A stretch of 64,000 bases of DNA, from positions 21,700,001 through 21,764,000 of the forward strand of contig NC_043010.1 of assembly GCF_006345805.1 (NCBI RefSeq), given 5' to 3'. The DNA comes from Octopus sinensis (Eukaryota). The translations under genes were made by a program, and so were the position numbers. The notes beneath the pieces were generated by a model. That model made no database searches. It saw only the letters and a program-made list of their open reading frames with translations, and was not told where the DNA came from. Positions 13,490-26,406 of this stretch are shown here, one piece after another (positions within the stretch are counted from its first letter, which is position 1; every line of letters starts with the position of its first letter).

Positions 13490-14312
13490 ACAATCAGTAA
13501 ATTGTCGCCATATTTTATTTTTTATTTCGCACATGCGCTTTGTGTAATTTGGATTGTGTCGACTAAACTATATACTAGGGTCAGTCTGTGAGAAAGACAG
13601 CACCATGACGCAATTCACTCTGCCAGGAATTTAGAAAGGACATGCTGTACTGCTTGGCATTCGCATCGGAAGCCCGAATACGAACATTTCAGAATGTTTG
13701 GGTGTCAATCTCAGGAGAATGCAATCTGAGGACATGTGCCGAGAGTGATAAAAATCATGCATCCAGTCAACATCATAGTGTTTGGTGACGTTATGCCCAC
13801 ATTCATTTTCCCACACGGCCTCAGACTCAACACGGAGTCCTATATCATGTGCCTGGAGGAGTTAGTGCTGCCCTGGGTGAAGTGGGTGTCTGCTGGAAGA
13901 CCCTATGTTTGGCAACAAGTCTCTACACCATGCCACACAAGCTGGAGAAACCAGTTATGGCTGTCAGACAATTTCGGAAACCATATCATTCCTAACATTC
14001 GGCTACCTGACTCCCCAGACTGTAACCCCCTTGATTATTATGTGTGAGGCGCAGTTGAATGAGAGACGAACAAAACTTCATGTAACGCCAAAGATGAACT
14101 TAAACAAGGGGACCGTTCTGAAGAGTTGCAGGAGATTCCGAAGTCTTCTTGAGGCCACGGTTGAAACCAAAGGTGATTTTATTGAATAAATTTTCTCATT
14201 AGTATTTAAAGATAATTTTGTGTAATTTTGGTGAATATATCTGTCAAAATGAGATGTCAGTGTTATTTTAATTTTTCCGTAATTTAGACAACAATTTATT
14301 CACCGTACCCTG
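13490..14312 (+). mobile_element. Internally deleted Tc1/mariner element with a DD37D (maT-type) transposase remnant
   Basis: Translation HPVNIIVFG...PYVWQQ[V]STPCH...SPDCNPLDYYV has 37 residues between the mutated second D position and the D of NPLD. C-terminus ...GDFIE*. Right terminus caccgtaccctg|TA at 14301-14314. Confidence 0.85.
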
Positions 14313-14479
14313 TATATATACACACACACATGCACACACATACACACACACAGGTGTATGTAAGTATGTTTGCGTGTGTGTGAATGTCCAAAGTTATATT
14401 GGAGCCGTATTGTACTTGGGCGAAACAATTTTAATTTTAAAAAAATGTTCCAGTCTTTTGTCCATGACTGAATGTGCGT

Positions 14480-14700
14480 GTGTCTTTGTCTGTGGCTTTG
14501 TGTTTGCCTCACCTCCTCTGCACTTTGACTGTGGTTGTTGGTTTGTTTACATCTCCATAACTAGCGTCCGAATAAAAGTGACCGATAGAATAGATAAACG
14601 ACTTTAAAAACATAGAGACCGGAGTCGAATCGTTCGACTAAACTCTCCAAGACGTTGCCTAAGCATAGCCGCAGACTTCTGTCTAAATAAGTAAAGGATT
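14480..14700 (+). mobile_element. SINE family B, old 3' fragment
   Basis: gaccgatagaat...ggagtcga...agcatagccgcag, a degenerate match. Confidence 0.6.
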
Positions 14701-14769
14701 AACGGCAAACAATGAAGGATAACGCAATTTGAGAGACAATATTAGGAATATAGCTTTAAAAAATATTTT

Positions 14770-15005
14770 TTAATAAAAACCGTTGCGGGTTGGCGACATT
14801 TTATTTTGCTTTGAAAGTAAATTGAACCAAGGATAAAATATCGATTGATTTTCGTTATTTTTCCTCTCTGCCTGCGTGGATTGTTTGCGAGTACTTTGTT
14901 TTTGTCCGGGAATCTCTTTTTAAAGTAGAGGAAATAGCTAAGGGTCTCTGGCTGCTATTTCTAAACTTCGGTATGCGGTAAAGCAAATCTTTGCTGAACC
15001 CTAAT
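14770..15005. repeat. Dispersed (TA)n-abutting repeat; homologous fragment at about 39585-39725
   Basis: Shared ...ctgctatttctaaa...cggtatg(c/t)ggt(a/g)aagcaa...gaaccct in both places. Confidence 0.6.
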
Positions 15006-15009
15006 TATA

Positions 15010-15043
<34 letters not shown>

Positions 15044-16569
15044 CGTATAAAATATATTTAGTATGTGTGTATATATATGTATATACATACATATATACAT
15101 ATAGAGTGAGAGACAGAGAGACAAAGAGAGAGATGCTGGTATGTGTGTGTGTGTGTGTTCTTGTACAATATTTTCTAATTTAGAATTTAAAAAATTTAAT
15201 GCTAGATTACAGACGTGTTTGCTGCGCGGGTGGTTAAGAGCAGGAATTCACAGAGGGGGATGGTGTGAGAGAGAAAACAGCACCAACGCTGACCAAAGCG
15301 CAGAGTGAAGGAGCAAGCTGTACGCTAACGCCAGTTTAAATATGCAGTTGTAACTGCTGCTAAAAGCAAGCATTCATTCTCGCTTGCAACTGGATATTTT
15401 CGACCATCTGCACAGTGGTCAGTGTTTAGTGGTCGAAATTACTACAAAAGCGACATCAGATACAGTTTTCTTTTGATATTGTGTCGAAGCTTTTCTTGTA
15501 TTATTTTGTTTGATTTCGAATGTAATAATAAAAATAAAGCATTAAAATTGTGTGTATCTCTCTCTCTCTCTCTACCTTGCTTCACTGCTTTAATAAATAA
15601 TATAAATATTAGATATGCGCGCGTGCTTACGTATATATATATAGCGTGTGTAAGTATGTGTGTATATTACATGTGTGTTTGTGTATGTATTTTATCTAAG
15701 TAAAGAGGCTTGTGTGGGTGTATTAGCGAGTGAATAAATAAATATGCTTGAACGAGAATTTTATTTTCGATATTATTGTGTTTGTTGCTTATTCGCGTGT
15801 TTCCATCTATGAAATACAACTCTCACAGCCAGTAAATCTATTCAACATAATTATGCTTATATATATATATGTTGTGTATGTAAGGAACTTAATAGAAGAC
15901 ACACCACACGCACACACACACGCAGAACACGCACATATACACACACATACACACGCAATACCCATAAGGCTGTTCTGTAGACACGTCTGTCTTATCTGAA
16001 TCGACGGTTTTCGAGACTCCCAATGTAAATAAAACGCAGCAAGCAGTAAAACACGTTTGTAGAAGCCACGTCCCGTATATATCGAGATAAAGAGAATCAA
16101 TAACGTTATTAAACGAGAACTGATAGGTTGGCGAAATCTCAGGAAAATGGTATTTGTCGGTGCTTAAAGTTATATAAGGTAAATGTCATCTTAAGTTTAG
16201 TAAAACTAGTCCAGACTGAGAATCTATAAAGAACCAAAATAAAAAAAAAAGAACTTTGAATGCTTTCGCGTGTGTTTGTCCAGTTCTGTTTGGTTTCTTA
16301 TTCTTCAGCTTCAGACATGTTTTGTGCTGAACAAATTGATAGTATTAAGGACTCGTATGTCAAACACAAATCCACTAATATTGGAGAGTAATGTAACTGA
16401 GTTAGTGGACATCCATACACATAGATTGTATTAATACTTACATTATCGATCCTTCGGTTACCACCAACATGATAAAGAAATAGAATATGACAACCAATTT
16501 ACTAACATATCGTATTTTGTCTGTTAATTTATCGATAATAATCATAGTATATTATGTAGAAACAGGGCA

Positions 16570-16700
16570 ACAGTTTTGAGAGGCTGCGGTGGAGTTAATC
16601 GATGCTATTGTTTACAGTACTTGACTGGTATTTATTTTATCGACCATGGAGAGATGAAAACAGAAGTTGGCCGTACCGGAATTCAAACACAGAACACAAA
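16570..16700 (-). mobile_element. SINE family A fragment
   Basis: tgactggtatttattttatcgacc...ggaattcaaacacagaac, reverse complement of the family A body. Confidence 0.55.
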
Positions 16701-17499
16701 CTATTAGAATGAATAATTCAGAACAACGACAATAATTATGATTCGAACTTTAACAGAATGTTACTATTTCTGAATGAAGGGACACAGATCTGCACGGATA
16801 GGAACAGGAGTATTTTGTTTACTAAATATTAGTTAATAGACAATAAAATAGCAGAATTGAAGCGAAAAGAATCTGAACAGAAACAGCAATGAGTTGGGAT
16901 TGAACACGGTGCTCTACTGAGTCTGCCATCCATTATTGTAATATTTCTTTCACCAGGTCAGAAGTTCGCGGGGTGGGAGAGGATTACAGTCGGTTATATA
17001 ATTTCTAAATAGGTACAAGGCCTAAAATTTTGGTGGCGGGCTAAAAAATTCCATCAACAACAGTCCAAATGGCGACATTTGAACTCTGTTTTTAAAGGCA
17101 GGCGAATTGCCGCTAAACATTCTGCCAGTTCGCCCTCTTATTTCAAGTGTGTTTCTTGAGTGGTAATTTAATTTGTCCACTCTGGATACGACGAAAAGCA
17201 AAACGTGCATTGATGGTATTTTGGGACCCTGTCAGTAAATAACCCGAACAAATAATATAAGATATTTTAATCGATGCTCTACTGATTCACCGAAAACCCT
17301 AATTTCTTAACAGTTTATTCTATAAAAATGACAAAAATACTACTATATATTCTCATATATAAACGTTTCTATTCCCCAAAACATATGAAGAACGAATCGT
17401 GGAAAGAAGCACAACAAATAGTACAGTCAATCACGCATATAGATTTCTTGGTTTGATTTTTCCAACATATAACCAACATTCAGGGTAGATGTATTTTAA

Positions 17500-20223
17500 T
17501 CTATATATATAAAACTGAGAATGCGTGTCTGTCTGTCTGAGTGAATCCCTAAAACTTGAGAACTACACAACCAATTTCATTCAAATTTTACACATGCCTT
17601 ATTTCGTGTCCAGGGAGTGTCATGGGCAAAACAATTTCTAACTTCTTGCCTAGGGCGAGCCCACAGCAATATCATATCTTCTCCACTATTTCAGTATTAC
17701 GTGTTAAAAGTGAAACAAAAAACATCTCTCTATTGTAATGTCAGATACATTCACTTTAATACTGAAACTATTAAAGTCAAACTATTATATAAGAGGGATG
17801 AACCATTAACAGTGGACATCCAATTTGCTAGAAGATCCGCTATGATCTTATTTGCTGCATCACTGGTTTTCAATTCATATTAATGAAATTAATATTCAAA
17901 TTCTCACCCTTTTTATCATAAATTTAAATTTAAACCCAGGACCATGAATTTTGGAACGAAGTTTGGTACCACACAGCCACACCTGCACCTAAGTATGTGT
18001 GTGTGTGTGTATGTGTGTATGGCTGTATATGTATACATTTATTTATATACATAGAGATGTATATGTATATAAGTATATGTATAGATGTATATATATAAAG
18101 ATGTACATGTAATATGTACGCATATATGTTCACATATATACACCCATACACACATACACACACACATACATAGGTGCAGGTGTGCTTGTGTGGTAGCAAA
18201 CTTCGTTCCAAAACACACGGTCCTGGGTTCAGTCCCACTGTGTGGTGACTTGGCATGTGTCTTCTGCTATGGCCTCAGACCAACCAAAGCCTTGTCAGTG
18301 GATTTTGTAGATAAACTGAAAGAAATCTATCGTATATATATGTATGTATATATGTAAGTCTGTGTGTGAGTCTTTGTGTTTCTCCCTCATCAGTGCCTCA
18401 CAATTGGTGTTCGTTTATTTACATCCCCATAATTTACTGGTTTCACAAGATTAAGTACCAGGCTTATCAACATAAGAAAGCACTACGCCGTGTCTCATAT
18501 TTTAGTTTGCCCACTCGGTTGTATCTATAAATTTATCTTTGTGTGTGTGTATATAAATATATATATATATATATAATACACACACACACACACGCACACA
18601 CACACACACACAAACACACACACATATATATATACATGTATGTATATGTGTACATTCATATTTATTATATCAAAGACAATGTCTTATGTGTTGGTGTATT
18701 ACTTATACATTCGAAAACTGTTGCACCGATCATAATAAAATTTGAAGCACAAAATCGAAGTCTAGGGAGAAGGTTAATACTGTGTGTTTCGTACAAAATT
18801 ACTGAATGGATCTTTATGATATTTGAAACTTAGATTCAATGCATAAGGGCGGGTATAAGGCAATACATTTGGTTTGAATTTCAGATGGCTTAAAGGGGGC
18901 AGGGCCATGAATATTCATAAATTTTCGATGTTGATGAAATTTCAACCATAGGTAAGTGACATACATCAACAAGTATTCTCAAATTTTCCACTTCACATGA
19001 GGATTCTAAGACACCCTAATGGGGGCCTTAACTCCCAAATTTTAGTCATTTCTTTTATGATCCAAAACTAAATCAAAAGTACTGAATGGCTCTTTACGAA
19101 ATTTGGAAATTATATTCTATGCATAAGGGCCACAACCCCCATGACAATTCATATATTCTTGCTGTTGATGAAATTTTAACCATAGATATTAGATACAAAT
19201 GAAGTAATATTTATAAAATTTCATCTTCTTACAAGTTAGAATGACACGTTCATGGGGACTTAACACCCACAATTAGTTGTACTCTTGGAAGCTGTGGGGT
19301 CATCCGAGCATAGAAGATGAGCATTATTTGTAATTCAATGGTGCAACAGTGTAAGAGTTTGCTTTGACATACACTTAGATTGTGATTTCTGCAATGTGCT
19401 GCATAAATTGTCAAGTAAATGAGAGGCATCTTTGCCTCCACTGATTCAGTTGCAAAGTGTTGAGTAAAGTTATTTGATTGCAGATCTCATTTCAATCTTT
19501 TTTATTATCACTGAGTCACACATAGTCCCCACATGGTAACATTGATTTCAAGGGCTTCCCAGATGAGTGACTGGTTATTCAAAGACATTTATAGATTTAT
19601 ATTTATTCTGTCCAGTTACATATCAGTATAGTGGTCATTTGCAAACTCCAACTTTCATTTCTCCTTAGCCCTCACATCACACAGTAGTTAATTTTGATTT
19701 CAGTTGGCTCACGCCCTTCCAATGGCTATAGATTCGTGATGCATCTTACGGCTGTGCCTGTCACCTGCATTGTAATGACTAGGGTCCTGTAGCTGACTGC
19801 TTATTGTGATCATTCATCTTTTGGTTTCCTGTAGCTTTGCTCTCTTTTACAAACCCAGTGAACATATAGTTCCTATTTCAAAGAAATTCAAACAATTGAT
19901 ATAAAACCCAAGTTAAAAAGATTTTCAACAAGTCAACTTCTTTGGTTGATATTAAGAGCTCCATGACTCCATTTATCAGGAGTAAAATCCTTTTAACAGG
20001 TTCTATAAGACTGGAATTTTGGAATATGCGCATAAAAATCAGTAGTATGGGATACATGTGGCGCGCTTACAATTTTGTATGGGTGTGTAAAGAGGGAAAT
20101 AACCCTCATCTGCAATTTTGATGAAATTCGAAACAGGTATTCCAGTTCATTACAGAAAATATAACAGAAAAGTCTAATTCTTCGATTGTATGTAACTCGG
20201 GCAACGCCGGGTAACTCTGCTAG
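17500..20223 (+). mobile_element. Non-autonomous Helitron termini with nested SINEs; possibly two nested or adjacent Helitrons
   Basis: 5' end A|TCTATATATATAAAAC at 17499/17500. 3' end has a GC-rich hairpin (cgggcaacgccggg, ~20198-20211) then CTAG|T at 20220-20224. AT target and no TSD, as expected for Helitrons. No RepHel ORF. Confidence 0.65.
18170..18470 (+). mobile_element. SINE family B copy whose head is also present inverted at 17933-17992
   Basis: ggtgcaggtgtgcttgtgtggtag...gggttcagtcccactgtgtgg...ccaaagccttgt. Confidence 0.8.
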
Positions 20224-22689
20224 TTGTCTATAAGCGTCTCTTCTCATCTGTGAATTGAACGACAATCTGTATTAACAGTCGACTCTATGCGCGCATTGGC
20301 TCCTCAATTACACTTCATCTCAAATATAAACATGAACATTTCGCCATATTTGCCACTTTTGAGATATGTTAAATATCCCTGGTTATAAAGCGAATGGCTT
20401 TTTCTTCTTACTTAATGGAGAGTTTCTGAAATGGCCGCTTCCCGTTTCTCTCGAAAATATGTTTCTTCTCCCACCTCACAACGAACCTTCAGATCCCTTC
20501 AGATTTGATTTGTGCCTAATTTTCTCATTTCGATATTTGTTACTATTTTCAAGAAATTTGTTTGTCATCGTCCACTCTGAAACCGAGCAAGAAGTCACCA
20601 TTTTGCCATCCCCGGACAAAAAGTATCTTCTACGCGACAGCTGACTTCCGAGATGGCCTTTCTGGTCAACCTCAACGCTGCAGCCGCAAGAGCAATAGGC
20701 AGTGCTATTGGAACAGCTATCTTCGAATCCTATTAATTTGTTTGCGACACATAGGATAGAAAGCTGCGAAAGGTTTTTCGTTTTTATGACCCAACTCACA
20801 AAATTCAATTCTCTGATTGCGCCTTCAGTTGTTTTGCATCAACCCCAGCGCCTGAAGTAGGATACAACTCGGGGAAATCCTTTTAATGATTATACGGAAT
20901 TGTAAACTCATGCTTCTCATTTGACCATATTGATTTATAAGAGAGACAATGAGTTAGATGTATCACTTAATATGTTCTTCACTGTTACCCTTATATTCCG
21001 ATATCCCAAAATCATGAACGAATATTTCCCGTACAATCTGTATTTGTCTTCGAACTTCGTTCTCAGCCTTTCTTTGTGCATTTCATACTCGTACAGACAT
21101 TGCTAATGATCTTCTTAATTGCATAAACATATTTTTTGTGAGAAAAATGTCGAGCAACTCCTGATAACAGACTGGAAGCATTTGCAATATCATTAACCTA
21201 GGATTTCTGATTCTAATGAAGAATGGCACGAATAAGCCTGATACTACTGATTTATTAGGATCATTGGCACTTTAGACTGATGTGTGTAGTTCTATAGAGC
21301 AAGGGGATTTTAGGGATAGGAGTCACTGACAACAGACTGTCAGACATTCGCAGCTAAGTTCGATGGGTTTGCAGTTAGATTTTCGGATTCGTATTAATGT
21401 TTATGTTTAGGCTTCGATTTGGTAGAGGGTTAGATACTATGGCAACAATACCGTTTCTTTACAACATGTCCAGATGTTGCAACTTTCGTTTGTTCTCTGA
21501 AGAAACGTATCTTTATACACACACACATATATATAAACATATAGATACATCTGCACACACACACATACACACACACACACAAACACAAACACACACACAC
21601 AGACACACACACACAACACACACACACACACACACACACACGGAGGACTGGCTTCGGAACAGTTTCTTTGAAGCAACTTCTACTCAGAATGTATGAGGTA
21701 GCCTTTGAACATAACAGAATTCACTTGCCGCACAGTCTGAACGACGATGGTTCTATATGAGTGAACAGCTATTTTTCTAACGAAGCAACCTCACGCGCAC
21801 CATCATTGTTATAACTTTTGAGATATATTTCTGTGGTCAATCCAACATGTAGCAGTCAATTACTAACGTTATTTCAAATCCCTTGACCAGACACATGTCC
21901 TTCCTCATATCAATATCAAGAGTATCAAGAAATGTTTACGGAATAGTAATATTGGTATTTATGAAATTTCATCATTGAAACACACTTTGTATTATATAAT
22001 TCTTATTAATTATACATCGCCTAGCATCTTGGCAAAGAATAAAATCGATCCCAGCAATGTTTTGATCAACCACAGAAAAAGCAAGGTGGAATTGAATGCG
22101 TTAAAATTTGAACTCAAATCGAAGGGAAATTGTTCAATTTATTTTGGTCTGTATCTTCGAGATTTTGGTATTTACAGACAGCCATGTATAGCCGTATTGA
22201 TATCTATCCTTTCTAATATGAGCGCAAGGCATGTAAGTTTGGTAGATGTGCTAGGCAATTACATCGATCCCAGTGTTTTACAGTATTTATTTCATCGACC
22301 CTAAAAGGATAAAGGGCAGACTTGATGAGGGTACGTAAAACTAGGAGCTTTTTCCTCCGGTGCAGGAATGATCTTGCCGTATCACTACCTTAATATTACA
22401 TACATAATGGCAACACTAAGGCGAATTACTAGCAGGAATTTTAAAGCATCAGAATGTTGCAATATCTATCCCGACTCTCCGAATTCAAATTTTGCCATGG
22501 TCAGTTTTGTGCTTTATCATTTAGGGATTCGATAAGGGAGTTACCAGTTCAGAGCTAGTACTGTATCTTTTTCCCCACTAGCAATCACATCTTGGAGGTT
22601 TGACTGGCCACAGGTGGAAGAAAAGAAAGTCTGTCTGCGATTGTTCAGGATTGCTAAATGTATTCGGGATAACTGGAACCATATTTCTA

Positions 22690-22878
22690 TTTACTTTAGG
22701 CCTAAACCTAAAAGTTTGGTAAAGAGTCGCTCATATCGACCCAATAATCAACTAGCACTTATTGCATCGACCTAGAAAGGATGAAAGGGCAAAGTTGGTC
22801 TATGCAAAATTTCAAAAACAAAGCGTGAATGCCACTCAGCATTTCGTTCAGTGAGCTAACGATTCAGCCAGCTCGACA
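22690..22878 (-). mobile_element. SINE family A, old copy
   Basis: tcgacctagaaaggatgaaagggcaaagt...agcatttcg...gctaacgattcagccagctcg. Confidence 0.65.
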
Positions 22879-24364
22879 CCTCCTGCGAGATCCATATTAA
22901 TACCAAACCATTTTGAATTGCATATGACGTCTCTAATTCAATAGCAGCACCGTAGAATAGAAGTCATTTCAGTTGTAGTTTATATTTCTAACCTCGAAAC
23001 TCTCCTTTCACCTACATCCCCAATGTATTATTTTGCTCATTCTTTACGTCAATCAATCTCGTTTTCATTCTATTGACGCATCTGCAAATTTATGTCAAGA
23101 GAGAACACTTCAGAAAAGACAAATCAACTATTTTCAGTTTAAAAAATGCGACTCACACTATCAATTATTGTGCCGTTGTATCGTAATCATGTTGCCAGAT
23201 ATGTTGAGTAACAGTGCAATTCACGAAATAAAAATTGTTGATAGAGTGTAACAAATTTTTCGTACATGAAATAATATTGCTGGAAATACGCTACACATTT
23301 GGAGAGTAGTGATAACATACGACTATACAATTACATCATTGAATATCTTTTCAATTATTTTGAATAATTTTTAGTAATATATTTTATATATCTCATTCAT
23401 ATGCTCTTTCGTCAAATTAAAATTTGTAAAAAAATAATTTATTATTATTATTATGTATCAACTGTAATTTTGATGTGAATATTTCCTGTGTACAATTTGT
23501 TCTTTCTGTAAATTATCTCGATAAGTAGAGACATTGGAAATTTTACTAATAGACATAAAAAAACAAATGCATCAAAAATAATATCAGAGTAACTATTTTC
23601 TATGCTGCAATAATTGCAGTTCTCAATGTGGTTATAAATCTTTCTTTTATTTCTCTTTCCTACAATTCTTTCATTAATATACTATTGAACACAAAATAGC
23701 TCACACAATATCGATTCCTCTTTATTAATAAGATTCAAAACTATATATCGTGTAATTTATAAGAATCCTATTTCCAAGCGACCCTTTAGTTATTCTGTGC
23801 GTTCGTTGTATCTATTTTGTAATCTTAATAATGGCATCATTTTATTCGTAAAATTTAGTCTTTTCTAATTTTTCTGATATCAAATGCTATTATATTGCCT
23901 AGAGTCAAAACATAGCATAATTTAATCTAGTAATGTATTTTGTATTTTCATAAATGACTATTTTTCTTTATCAGATCTATCATAAATAGGTGGTCGTTTT
24001 GTTTTTACTTTTAATTCAGAATGAAAATGCATTGCCAGGAAACGATGCAATGGAATAATAATATATCCTAGAGTTGCTTAAACAAACCTTATACAAGCTG
24101 TACTTGAAACGGAATAATGGAAAACGAAATATTATCAGAAGAAAGAAGCTGTTGGCGATAGTGAAAAAGTTGTGACGAACACTTATTCATAGAAAAGGAT
24201 TGTAATAATTTATTTCGACCTCAATTCATAGTTTATCGACCATTAAATAGCAAAAGCTATGAACTCAATATCGGAGTATCTATTGCTGACTTCAGGAGTT
24301 AGAAAAGTAAGGTGAACTGCAACAGCAATAATGGTGAGAATGCAAAGATTTGAAAGTCCATTCC

Positions 24365-24527
24365 CTCGGGGAAGCGGTTACGTTGATCACAGCAACCACA
24401 GTACTTCGCTGGTAGCTTCTTTATCGATCCGAAAGAATGAATGGCAAAGTCAACCTCGGCGGAATTTGAACTCAGAACGTAAAGTCGGAAGAAACACCGT
24501 TATTTTGGCCAACGTGCCAGCTAGCCG
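24365..24527 (-). mobile_element. SINE family A
   Basis: ggcaaagtcaacctcggcggaatttgaactcagaacgtaaag. Confidence 0.75.
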
Positions 24528-24589
24528 ACTTAATCATAATAATAATAATATAATAATAATAATAATAATAGTAATAATAATAATAATAA

Positions 24590-25095
24590 ATGCCCTGATG
24601 CAGTACCAGGCAGTGACTCTCAGGGCTTCTAATCTTAACTGATTGGAAGTATTATCATATACATGGTTTTGTCTTGGTATAAAAGATGGGCTACAGAAAA
24701 TATGCCCAATACCACAGATTTTCTTGTCAGATTGACCTTAAGCAGTTGAGCATGTCCCTTAGTGACTGACGCTATGTGCTTCTCTGACCACGTGCATAAG
24801 TAGTGGAGGAGCATCATAGCCATGTGTTGAAAGGAATTCTTTGGGGTTTGGAAACATGGGTGCTTCGTTCATCATCCTTACACAAACCTTATTCAGGAAC
24901 CTTTTGAGCAGAATGGGCTACTCGACCAGAAGAAAATTCTAACAGGGCCCCACCTGCAAGGTCATCCGTTCTTGATGTGAGATCACCATGTCGCGCACAT
25001 GTGGTTGTGATGCATGTTCCTGGTGTACCCTTATCAGATGGGTAGTGATTATGGGTATATTGGGCTTCATATAATTGTACCCCAATGTCACTCAG
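24590..25095. mobile_element. ~506-bp non-coding interspersed repeat flanked on both sides by (TAA)n
   Basis: (TAA)n at 24531-24589 and 25096-25167. I recall the sequence as a multicopy octopus repeat; class is inferred (non-autonomous, microsatellite-targeted). Confidence 0.55.
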
Positions 25096-25111
25096 TAATA
25101 ATAATAATAAC

Positions 25112-25151
<40 letters not shown>

Positions 25152-25171
25152 TTAATAATAATAACAATTAG

Positions 25172-25302
25172 GAGAAGAAGAAGAAGAAGAAGAAGAAGAA
25201 GAAGAAGAAGAAGAAGAAGAAGAAGAAGAAGAAGAAGAAGAAGAAAAAGAAAAAGAAGAAGAAGAAGAAGAAGAAGAAGAAGAAGAAGAAGAAGAAGAAG
25301 AA
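25172..25302. repeat. (GAA)n purine tract, ~130 bp
   Basis: Direct reading. Confidence 0.97.
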
Positions 25303-25769
25303 CCCTTTCTACAACAGGCACAAAGACTGAAATTTTACCGGGTGGGTTTAGCCGATACGACCCAATCCAGTGATAAAGTGGTATGTTTTTCCAGGCTACA
25401 TCCTTACTAACATCATGGAATCTCCCCTGAGTTCTATTGTAGGAGAAATTGTGACTTGAGTCCCACGGCCCTTTCATAGGCTCTCTTAAATTCGACACCA
25501 TTTGAACTCAGATCACCGCCAAGCATTGTACACGACTCTTTATAAGCTCTGCATCTTCGTCACCTTCAGAATGATAATTAGAAGGTAAAAGATACGCAAT
25601 AGTACAATTTCATATCTCTAAGAGAGCTCAAGTGAAGTATCAGTCACGTAATGTTGCAAATAAATATCAGTTTTTCATAAGTTTCATCGGGGATTTTAAA
25701 TGCAAAACTAAACGTTCTTCTATTTACATAAAGTATTTGTCAAGCTTTTATTTTGGAAGTATACATATC

Positions 25770-25968
25770 CTCTGTATTTAAGGTCTGAAATTTTGTGGGA
25801 AGGGTCTAGTTGATTACATTGATACCAGTGCTCAACTGGTACTTATTTAACTGACCCCAAATAGATGAAAGGAAAATTGGATCTCGGTGGAGTTTGAACT
25901 TAGAACGTAAATAAAGAAGACATACCGCTAAGTATTTGTCCGGCGTACTACGAATTCGGCCAGTTCGC
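25770..25968 (-). mobile_element. SINE family A
   Basis: ccagtgctcaactggtacttattt...gagtttgaacttagaacgtaa...ggccagttcgc. Confidence 0.75.
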
Positions 25969-25974
25969 TTTATA

Positions 25975-26009
<35 letters not shown>

Positions 26010-26406
26010 TTATCTATCTATCTATCTATCTATCTAGCTAGCTAGCTAGTTATCTATCTACCTACCGACCGACTTTTACATTGAACAATTCACTTGACGG
26101 TAGGATCAACAAAAACTTACTCAATGAAATATCAATCAACGAATATAATACGTTGTATGTGAGGTACTTCAGGTTTGTTCTCGATTAGTGAAATAGCTGC
26201 ATGGATTTGTATAGTGTACCGAAAATGACCCGGCAGTCGTTCAGGCTGAACATTTACCAGCTCGTGCACAGTGCACTACACAAATCCTTCTGATTACTTC
26301 ACTATCGAAGCATGAAGTAGCTCGTTTATCTACTGTGATAATCAAATTATGCATGTATTTATGCATTGATGTATGTACATGTGTGTACATATGTGTGTAT
26401 GTATGT

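Noticed and set aside
20360-21200. GC-richer stretch with protein-like minus-strand patches (for example AVPIALPIALAAAALRLTRK)
   Set aside because: Many stops and no motif I can assign. It is possibly a decayed retroelement ORF1 and needs a translated search.
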